Virus record (IMG/VR): IMGVR_UViG_3300002461_000491
Location: 1 to 44,664 of that record
Length of the DNA stretch: 44,664 nt
Source of the DNA: a virus
Reading direction: 5' to 3' (one strand)
The notes below the pieces were generated by a model that worked only from the letters and a program-made list of their open reading frames with translations, made no database searches and was not told the origin of the DNA. The position numbers were made by a program, and so were the translations under genes. Below, in pieces: positions 32,257 through 38,721 of the stretch. Within the stretch, counting starts at the first letter, position 1. Each line of letters opens with the position of its first letter.

Positions 32257-33248
32257 TTGCGCGCCCCCGCCTTGCCCGGCTGGCCCATGCCCACCGGCAC
32301 CGTGGTGCCAGTGGCGGCTTCATGCTCCAGCAGCACCGGGTCCTTCGCAGAGTCGGCGGCTGAGTCACGCAGCAGCGTCGGCACCTTCTCCAGCATGGCC
32401 GCCATGCGGTTGGCAAAGCCGTCCAGCGTCTCGGCCGTGTTCGGCGTGGCGCCCAGGCGGCCGCGCAGCTCGCCCGCCTCGTCTTCGCTGGCCTTCACCG
32501 TCATGCCCAGGTCGCTGAGGCTCAGGCCCAGGCGCGTCACCAGGTCGGCAATCGGCTTGAAGGCCGGGTTGGCCATGTACTCGAGAACGTGGTGCACGTT
32601 GCCCTGCTCATCCGTCCAGGTCAGCGCCACGCTGCGGCCGTCCTTGTCCAGCTGCACCTTGGGCACCTTCAACACCACGCCGTCGCCCAGCACCGTCTGC
32701 AGACACATCTGCAGGCTTGCCACCAGGGCGGCATGCAGGTCTCCGTGGATGCGTGACAGCGCCTTCGGGTTGCGCTGCTCGAACGCCGCATGGTGCAGCA
32801 TGAAGATCTCGGTCTGCTTCACGCAGGCCGGCTGCTCGGCGCACCAGTAGCGGTTCACATCACAGGTCTTGCAGAACGCATAGCCGTCGGGCTTGGCCGG
32901 AAAGTAGGTGGCCGTGCGCGCGTTCAGCCCGTGCTTCATGCCGTTGAAGCGGGTGCGCAGCGCCTCCTCTGGCGTGGGGTGGCCGTCCAGGTTGGCAGCG
33001 GTGGCCGCTTTGCCCTCAGGCGTGCGCGGGCCCGTGCTCATCTGGTGGGCCTTCAGCAGGCTGCGCTCCCACGTCGCTTGCGGCTGGTGCCTCGCTTCGC
33101 ACACAGGGCAGTTGCCGAAGTAGGCCCATGGGTGGTGCTCGGCCTCGGCGTCAGGCTCCACCAGGTCGGGCGGTGCTGACCACATGTGGCGGCACACCCC
33201 GCACCTGAAGGTCACCTCGTCCAGCTTTTTCGACCAATCCTTGCGCAT
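32253..33248 (-). CDS. Hypothetical zinc-ribbon protein; small terminase candidate by position only
   Basis: 331 aa immediately upstream of and coupled to terL. It carries several Cys pairs (CGVC, CPVC, CKTC...C), which is atypical for TerS. Confidence 0.3.
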   Translation of the reverse strand: MRKDWSKKLDEVTFRCGVCRHMWSAPPDLVEPDAEAEHHPWAYFGNCPVCEARHQPQATWERSLLKAHQMSTGPRTPEGKAATAANLDGHPTPEEALRTRFNGMKHGLNARTATYFPAKPDGYAFCKTCDVNRYWCAEQPACVKQTEIFMLHHAAFEQRNPKALSRIHGDLHAALVASLQMCLQTVLGDGVVLKVPKVQLDKDGRSVALTWTDEQGNVHHVLEYMANPAFKPIADLVTRLGLSLSDLGMTVKASEDEAGELRGRLGATPNTAETLDGFANRMAAMLEKVPTLLRDSAADSAKDPVLLEHEAATGTTVPVGMGQPGKAGARK

Positions 33249-33302
33249 CGTGCCAGCAGCATGTGCTGCCGGGCTGGACAGGTGCAGGGGTGCAGCGTGG
33301 GC

Positions 33303-33542
33303 CTACTCCGCCGGCAGCTTGCCAGCAGGCCCCTGCTGCATCAACACCATGGCCGCGTGCGCCTGTGCCAGCTGCTCGGCCACCAGCAGCATCAGCGCAT
33401 GCAGGCCAACCGTGCGCACGCGGTGGTCCAACGGGGCATGGGCCATCAAGTCCATCAGTGCTTCCATTCCGAGGAAAGACGTGTTCAGGCTTGCGGCCAG
33501 CTCGCCGGCGGTTTCAGCATGCTCGGCGGGTTTCGTGTTCAT
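33303..33542 (-). CDS. Hypothetical protein (79 aa), first gene of the late operon
   Basis: ATG at 33542 (the track start at 33545 is a TTG) is preceded by GGGAG. The protein is helical and Ala/Leu-rich. Confidence 0.4.
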   Translation of the reverse strand: MNTKPAEHAETAGELAASLNTSFLGMEALMDLMAHAPLDHRVRTVGLHALMLLVAEQLAQAHAAMVLMQQGPAGKLPAE

Positions 33543-33604
33543 CAATCGGGGCTCCCTGGGCGGGCTCCAACTCGCTGCGCTGCGTTGGGCCTGGCTTCAG
33601 TCTA

Positions 33605-33695
33605 GGGGGGTGCCAAACATGCGGCACCCCATACCCACGGGGGAGAAAGAACCCGTCCTGTAAGACCTTGCAGCCACTTGAAGCGGGGGGTGCCA
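33605..33695. promoter_or_regulatory. Repeat and hairpin cluster upstream of the late/packaging operon (candidate cos or late-promoter region)
   Basis: GGGGGGTGCCA occurs at 33605-33615 and 33685-33695. A perfect hairpin, GGGGTGCC aaacatgc GGCACCCC, lies at 33607-33630. A second hairpin, ACGGG...CCCGT, lies at about 33637-33656. Confidence 0.45.
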
Positions 33696-33816
33696 TCACC
33701 GCACTGCTGCGGCGGCTTACAGTGGGGCGCAGGCCGGCGCAGTGGCGGCACACCGACCGCGCGGCGGGTGCGGGCCGGACACGCAGCACAGCAGCTGAGG
33801 CAGTGATCGCGCCGGC

Positions 33817-34176
33817 CTACCCTACCCGTTCAGGCTCAGTCACCCGAAACCCGTGCAATCGCAGCAGCCTGCATGCGGCCGCAATCTGCAGCTTGGTCTG
33901 CACGTCAGCCGCAGCGGCCAGCGCGTAGAAGGTGCGCTCACCATCGCGCAGCACCACCACACGACGCTGGCGGATGTGATTCTTCAGCAGCGGCATCACC
34001 AGGGCTGACCGGACACCAGCGGCGCCGGCCAACGTTGCAGCGGAGCACCGGCCCTGCGCTAATGCCTGCAACATGGCGGCCGTCGGTCCCAAAGCGCCAG
34101 CCTTGCGCAAAGTTGCAGTGTTTGGCTGCAGTTTCTGCAGCGCGCTGGCCATGTGTGTGAAGCCGTCCCAGCTCAT
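33817..34176 (-). CDS. Hypothetical protein (119 aa), possible winged-helix regulator
   Basis: ATG at 34176 with ATGA overlap. MSWDGFTHMASALQKL...VRSALVMPLLKNHIRQRRVVVLRDGERTFYAL. It is the last gene before the late-operon leader. Confidence 0.35.
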   Translation of the reverse strand: MSWDGFTHMASALQKLQPNTATLRKAGALGPTAAMLQALAQGRCSAATLAGAAGVRSALVMPLLKNHIRQRRVVVLRDGERTFYALAAAADVQTKLQIAAACRLLRLHGFRVTEPERVG

Positions 34177-34394
34177 CGCGGCGCCCCGGCCGTCAGGCAT
34201 CCCGCCAGTTTCCAGCTCATAAGGCAATCGGTGCACAGCAGCTGACGCTCTTGCCAAGTTCGCGGGTCGCCTTGGCAAGGCCCGCAGTTCATCGTGCACA
34301 CCTTGGTCGACGGGTCAAAGCGCGCCAGCTCGGCAGGGTCGGCTCGTGGCCAGGCCACCGGCGCTGGGGGTCGGGTGAGGCGCAGCCGGGCCAT
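34173..34394 (-). CDS. Small Cys-rich (zinc-finger-like) protein, 73 aa
   Basis: ATG at 34394 overlaps the HNH stop. It contains CTMNCGPC...CTDC. Confidence 0.4.
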   Translation of the reverse strand: MARLRLTRPPAPVAWPRADPAELARFDPSTKVCTMNCGPCQGDPRTWQERQLLCTDCLMSWKLAGCLTAGAPR

Positions 34395-34801
34395 CAGAAC
34401 AGCTCCAGCGTGTTGGCCCGGGCCCGGCGGGTGGCAGCCGCGTTGGCGGCGTGATGCTTGGCGTCGTAGCCCAGATGGTGCCGCTGGCACCAGGCGCGCA
34501 AGTTGTCGTCGGCGCAGTTCTCGGGCTGGTGGTCCAGGTGCGCGATCGTCAGCACGATCATGATCAGCTTGATGGTGCTGCCGTCGCTGCAGGCGATCTC
34601 GTGGCCAGCCTTGGCGCCCGCGTCGCGCAGCGCACGGCCCATGGGGATGAACTTGCCGTCGAAGCGCCACCACCCCACGTCACGGTGCAGCGCCTCGCAT
34701 CCGGGCCACTCACATCGCCACAGGGCGCGGCGCAGGATGCGCTCCCGCACCTGCTTCCAATCCGCCGGGTAGCGGTGCTTGTTCTCGGGCTTGATGGGCA
34801 T
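34394..34801 (-). CDS. HNH endonuclease
   Basis: 135 aa with WRCEWPGCE...IAHLDHQPENCADDNLRAWCQRHHLGYD, which is the Cys4 plus H-N-H layout. It lies close to the packaging genes, as in cos-type HNH-dependent terminase systems. Confidence 0.75.
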   Translation of the reverse strand: MPIKPENKHRYPADWKQVRERILRRALWRCEWPGCEALHRDVGWWRFDGKFIPMGRALRDAGAKAGHEIACSDGSTIKLIMIVLTIAHLDHQPENCADDNLRAWCQRHHLGYDAKHHAANAAATRRARANTLELF

Positions 34802-34810
34802 GGCGGCCTC

Positions 34811-35053
34811 CTAGAAAGGGAAGTCATCGAACCGGCCCAAGAACAAGCCGATGCGGTACCGCAAACTGCCGCGCCGGTCAGCCGCTGTCATGCGCCAGGG
34901 CAGCACCTTCGACACCCACAGCTGGTGTGATGCCCGCGTCGACGACACCCAGCGCCCGTTGATCCGCATCCTGGGCGCTTGGCAAATCCCGCAACCACAG
35001 GCGTACAGCCATGGCCAGTTCGGGCCGCACATCACGCTCGGCCGCCCTTCCAT
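34811..35053 (-). CDS. Hypothetical protein (80 aa)
   Basis: ATG at 35053 with high GC3 throughout. MEGRPSVMCGPNWPWLYACGCGICQ...RYRIGLFLGRFDDFPF. The upstream part of the track ORF was rejected. Confidence 0.4.
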   Translation of the reverse strand: MEGRPSVMCGPNWPWLYACGCGICQAPRMRINGRWVSSTRASHQLWVSKVLPWRMTAADRRGSLRYRIGLFLGRFDDFPF

Positions 35054-35099
35054 CGTGTGCAGCCGCCGTTGCGATGGCGGGCGCGGCGCTGGCGGCCTC

Positions 35100-35570
35100 T
35101 TACAGCGCCTGTGCATCGCCTGCCTCATCAATCGCACAGTACGGCCCGGGCCGCACGCTGGCCCGGTAGCCGATCGGGTAGTCCAGCTCCCGCAGCCCGA
35201 GGTCAGCCATCGGCGTGTGGAACAGCTGCAGCGCCCCCTTGCAGGCGTGGAAGGCCAGCGTGCGGGCATCGGCCAGCACCCAGGCCACAGCGCCCGTGTA
35301 CCAGGGTGAATCGCTGTCGTGCCGGCAGTCCATCAGTGTGGCCATGCCCACGATGCCGCCGCGCTCGATCACTTCTAGCTCGGGCACCAGGATGCCCATC
35401 TCCTCATGGATCGTGTCGCGCTGCTGGGCGTACTCGCCCTTGGCGGCCGTCTTGCTCGCGTGGATCAGCAGCGGGCCCCGGTAGTCGGTGGCCCACTCCC
35501 GGTTCTCCACGTCCTTGTGCCCGTGCACGATCAGCCAGGCCCAGGGCTGGCGGATGCTCAAGGTACGCAT
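35100..35570 (-). CDS. ASCH domain protein
   Basis: ATG at 35570 gives MRTLSIRQPWAWLIVHGHKDVENREW, the characteristic ASCH/PUA-like N-terminus. 156 aa. Confidence 0.7.
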   Translation of the reverse strand: MRTLSIRQPWAWLIVHGHKDVENREWATDYRGPLLIHASKTAAKGEYAQQRDTIHEEMGILVPELEVIERGGIVGMATLMDCRHDSDSPWYTGAVAWVLADARTLAFHACKGALQLFHTPMADLGLRELDYPIGYRASVRPGPYCAIDEAGDAQAL

Positions 35571-36112
35571 AGCGCGCCCTCCTCCAGTGGTTGCTGCAGT
35601 GGTTGCAGTTGCCGGTAGTTCAGCCCCCGGGCAATGCGGTAGGCCGCGCTGCGCTTGAGCCCCAGCTGCTCGGCCAGCCGGTACACCGGCACCGTGCCCA
35701 ACGCCTTGCGCAGGGCCAGCACCAGCTCGGGCGGGGTGTCCACGTGCCCGGCCGCAGCGCGGGCCTTTGCCGCGCTGATCGATCGCACCGCGCTGTGGCC
35801 GTTGTTGCAGCCTGCAGCAACTGCCAACGCGTTCACCTGCAGGCGGGTGCCTCGGCGCACGTGGGCGGGGCACACGCAGTCCTTCACCCAGCAGCCCATG
35901 TAGGCCACCTGGTCGCCCAGCGTGCTGCCGTGGGCGATGTACCACACAGCACGCGGCCCGCTCAGCACCCGCTTGTCCATGGCGTCCAGGTCGGCTGTCC
36001 AGATGCGGGGGTGGCCCTTCACCTTGGCCAGCTTCCAGTGCCAGCAGTGGGTCACCGGGTCCAGGCTGCTGCGCTCGCGCAGGTCGTCGATGGTGTTCAC
36101 GCCGCGCTTCAT
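35558..36112 (-). CDS. His-Me finger (HNH_3-like) nuclease-like protein with C-terminal HTH
   Basis: ATG at 36112 (ATGA overlap). THCWHWKLAKVKGHP...GCWVKDCVCPAHVRRGTRLQVN resembles the zinc-binding loop of homing endonucleases. The C-terminus VYRLAEQLGLKRSAAYRIARG is HTH-like. Confidence 0.45.
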   Translation of the reverse strand: MKRGVNTIDDLRERSSLDPVTHCWHWKLAKVKGHPRIWTADLDAMDKRVLSGPRAVWYIAHGSTLGDQVAYMGCWVKDCVCPAHVRRGTRLQVNALAVAAGCNNGHSAVRSISAAKARAAAGHVDTPPELVLALRKALGTVPVYRLAEQLGLKRSAAYRIARGLNYRQLQPLQQPLEEGALCVP

Positions 36113-36474
36113 GCCGCCTGCTCCGAAGGATGGCCTGCGTCGAACTCGAACGCGCTCTGGCTCTTGCCGTCGGGCAGCAGCACCGTGACCGGGCTGATGT
36201 TGAACAACCCGCCGCTTGTGTAGTTGCATGGCCCGCCAGCCTGGCCAAACGCTGCCGCGGCGGCCGCCTCGGGGTCGCCACCAAATCGGCCTACGCAGGC
36301 AAAGGCAACCGCACCGGCGGGGGCGCCCAGTGCGCGCCAATCAGCCACCGCAGCCCGGTGGCAGCAGCTCGGGCAGATGAACCGCCATTTCAGCGGGTCC
36401 TCACCAAACAGGCGGGCCGCCTCGGCCTTCCAGTCGGCGTGGGCAATGGCGCGGGGGGTGGTCTGCCTGGCCAT
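36109..36474 (-). CDS. VVA0879-family-like conserved phage protein
   Basis: MARQTTPRAIAHADWKAEAARLFGEDPLKWRFICPSCCHRAAVADW...GPCNYTSGGLFNISPV...FEFD. The pattern is recalled from the VVA0879 family and is unverified. Confidence 0.4.
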   Translation of the reverse strand: MARQTTPRAIAHADWKAEAARLFGEDPLKWRFICPSCCHRAAVADWRALGAPAGAVAFACVGRFGGDPEAAAAAAFGQAGGPCNYTSGGLFNISPVTVLLPDGKSQSAFEFDAGHPSEQAA

Positions 36475-36761
36475 CACCGCTCCCACTGCTTGTCCGACGA
36501 CACCTCGAACCAGCCACGCTCAGCCGTCCAGCGCACCAGCACAGCCGGCAGCGCCTCGGCAGTGCAGATGCGCAGGCTGGTGCGGGTGCCGCCCAGCTCG
36601 CCCAGCAGCTGGCCAGCGGCCCGTGCCTTGTCGGTCATGTCGTCGTCGGTGGCGTCGAAGGTGGCCAGGATCTTCCAGGCCCCGCTGTTGTTCAGCTCCA
36701 GGCGCACCGGCCGGGCGGCCGGCACCGTAGCAAGCGTGATCGAATCTTTCTTGTCAGCCAT
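36474..36761 (-). CDS. Hypothetical protein (95 aa)
   Basis: ATG at 36761 with a stop overlapping the next start. Composition is balanced. Confidence 0.45.
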   Translation of the reverse strand: MADKKDSITLATVPAARPVRLELNNSGAWKILATFDATDDDMTDKARAAGQLLGELGGTRTSLRICTAEALPAVLVRWTAERGWFEVSSDKQWER

Positions 36762-36764
36762 GCC

Positions 36765-37052
36765 TTACCCCTTCAGCAGGTGGCGCGTCACGCCGGTGAT
36801 CGCATTGCCCGGCTCGGCCGGGTTGTCGGCAGCCGCCGGCGGCAGTGCCGGCACGGCGGGCGTCTCCAGAAAGCGGGAACGTGATGCCGCATCTGTGGCG
36901 CGCACATAGTCCACTTCCACCTTGGCGCTGTTCACGATCACCTGGCTCAGGTCGCTGATCGTCCTGGCCTGGTCCAAACTCACCGTGCCGGCGCGCACAC
37001 CGTCGATGGTCTCGAACAGTCGGCGCCTCAAGTCGTCGATGCCATTGCTCAT
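36765..37052 (-). CDS. Hypothetical protein (95 aa)
   Basis: ATG at 37052 (ATGA overlap). MSNGIDDLRRRLFETIDGVRAGTVSLDQARTISDLSQVIVNSAKVEVDY. Confidence 0.45.
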   Translation of the reverse strand: MSNGIDDLRRRLFETIDGVRAGTVSLDQARTISDLSQVIVNSAKVEVDYVRATDAASRSRFLETPAVPALPPAAADNPAEPGNAITGVTRHLLKG

Positions 37053-37738
37053 GCTTGTTCGGCCTCCTTGGCCTTGCGATTGATCGCCCGGTTCAGCTGG
37101 CCGCGCAGGCGGGCCAGCTCGGCAAACTCGGGCGGCAGGTTGTGGATGCTGTTGCGCCTGGCGTGCTCGGCCTTGGTGATGCACTCCACCGCATCCAGGG
37201 TGATGTGCTCGAGCTCGAGCGTCTTGCGCCCAGGCTTGAACACCACCAGGTGGCCATCAGGCACCGGGCCGTTCGCCTCCTCCCACACCAGGCGGCTCAC
37301 CGGCCGCCAGCGGATGTGGTTGGGCCCGGGCAGGTCGTTCACTTTGCGCTCCAGCGCGTTGCCGCCCTGGTTGATGCGGTAACTGCCAACCGGCATCCAG
37401 GTGTGCGGCTTGTTGCCCCGCTTGAACTGCGTCAGCACCGATCGCCCGCCCACAAGCCAGCCCTTCACGCCCTTGTTGGGCGGAACCTGCCCGGGCTTGA
37501 ACTGGTGCAGCCTGAAGCCGTGGCCAGGCGCCAGCATGTTCTGCCGGGCCTCATGGGCGATCAGGGCACGGTCCTTGTGCAGGCCCATGCTGCTTGCCTT
37601 GGCCAGCACCTGCTTTGGTCCGCAGCCCACCACCCGCGCCAGGGCCGCGGTGTTGGTGGTGGCGTAGCACTGGCGCAGCAGCTGCTCGTCGACCGCGCTC
37701 CAGTAGAAGCGCGGCGTCTTGTGCTTACCTGTCGACAC
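37049..37738 (-). CDS. HNH_3-type homing-endonuclease-family protein (possibly degenerate)
   Basis: GTG at 37738. It has an N-terminal HTH-like segment, then FKPGQVPPNKG, GSYRINQGG...RK and RLVWEEANGPVPDGHLVVFKPG...LELEHITL. This layout is typical of phage HNH_3 proteins, but the first His position reads Phe. Confidence 0.45.
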   Translation of the reverse strand: MSTGKHKTPRFYWSAVDEQLLRQCYATTNTAALARVVGCGPKQVLAKASSMGLHKDRALIAHEARQNMLAPGHGFRLHQFKPGQVPPNKGVKGWLVGGRSVLTQFKRGNKPHTWMPVGSYRINQGGNALERKVNDLPGPNHIRWRPVSRLVWEEANGPVPDGHLVVFKPGRKTLELEHITLDAVECITKAEHARRNSIHNLPPEFAELARLRGQLNRAINRKAKEAEQA

Positions 37739-38159
37739 GGCAACCTCCAGCCTTGGCCAGCCGGTCGATGGCGGCCAGGTGCTCCGCCTGGTGGCGCTTG
37801 GGGCACTTCCAGGCAACCCAACCTTGCAGCTGCTCCAGCGCCTCCTGCAGCGCGACCCGCACCTGGTGTGCCGGGATGTCCGCCTGCAGCAGCAGCGCCT
37901 GCCGGTCGGGGTCGTTCAGGCCTTCGGGCAGCAGCGCCCAGCTCACCACGTCGCTGGTGGCCAGCTGCATGGCAGTCACATCACGCCACACCGGCATGTT
38001 GTCGGCGCACGTGCCTTCCAGCCAGCCCTCCAGGCTTGTGCCGTCTGCCAAGCCCAGCAACACGTTCTTGTCCGGGTCGGGCAGCGCCATCGCCACAGGC
38101 ACGAAGTGCAGCACCACCTTCATCGGCACCGCCGGCGCCACGTTCAACGGCGCGCCCAT
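37725..38159 (-). CDS. Hypothetical protein (144 aa)
   Basis: ATG at 38159 (ATGA overlap; the track start at 38162 is a TTG). Composition is acidic and balanced. Confidence 0.45.
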   Translation of the reverse strand: MGAPLNVAPAVPMKVVLHFVPVAMALPDPDKNVLLGLADGTSLEGWLEGTCADNMPVWRDVTAMQLATSDVVSWALLPEGLNDPDRQALLLQADIPAHQVRVALQEALEQLQGWVAWKCPKRHQAEHLAAIDRLAKAGGCRVDR

Positions 38160-38419
38160 CAATGCACCTGCCCTGCAGCCATCACCGTCTCACCCATGCG
38201 GGCTTCCAGGTCGAAGGCCTGCAGCTCCAGAAGCAGCGCCTGCATCAGCACATGCGCCTCTTCGCCCTGCCCTGCCACCATGCGGCGGCAGGCAACCTGC
38301 TGGATCTCGAAGGCCAGCCACCCACCCGTCATAAAGCACCGGCGCACCAGCTCCCGCAGCTCGGGCGGTGCATCGGCCGGCAGCGCCGCGCGCTGCAGCA
38401 GGTCCAGGCCCTGCGCCAT
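38159..38419 (-). CDS. Hypothetical protein (86 aa)
   Basis: ATG at 38419 (MAQGLDLLQRAALPADAPPELRELVRRCFMTGGWLAFEIQQ...). The upstream 70 track codons are R/G-rich. Confidence 0.4.
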   Translation of the reverse strand: MAQGLDLLQRAALPADAPPELRELVRRCFMTGGWLAFEIQQVACRRMVAGQGEEAHVLMQALLLELQAFDLEARMGETVMAAGQVH

Positions 38420-38430
38420 CGTGGCGGCCT

Positions 38431-38721
38431 TCACCGCGCCACCCCGCCCATCAGGTTGCCCATCGCGTCGTCGATCGCCGCGCGCAGCGTGGTGCCGCTG
38501 CCCAGCACATCGCCGTCCATGTCGCGCAGCTCGAACAGGCTGGCCCCGCCGGGCTTGGCCTCCACCCATTCGTGCACCACCAGCTCGGCCTGCGCCTCCA
38601 TCCAGTTCAGCCGCGTGCTGTCGCGGCAAGCCTCGGCCCAGTCCGCCTGGCTCACCTCCGTGCGGCCTGCTGCAGCCACGGCCAGCGCCGCGGCTGGCGC
38701 CGGTTCAATCGTCATGCCCAT
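38431..38721 (-). CDS. Hypothetical protein (about 95 aa)
   Basis: ATG at 38721 or 38715, the latter overlapping the primase stop. MGMTIEPAPAAALAV...WMEAQAELVVHEWVEAKPGGASLFELRDMDGDVLGSG. Confidence 0.4.
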   Translation of the reverse strand: MGMTIEPAPAAALAVAAAGRTEVSQADWAEACRDSTRLNWMEAQAELVVHEWVEAKPGGASLFELRDMDGDVLGSGTTLRAAIDDAMGNLMGGVAR

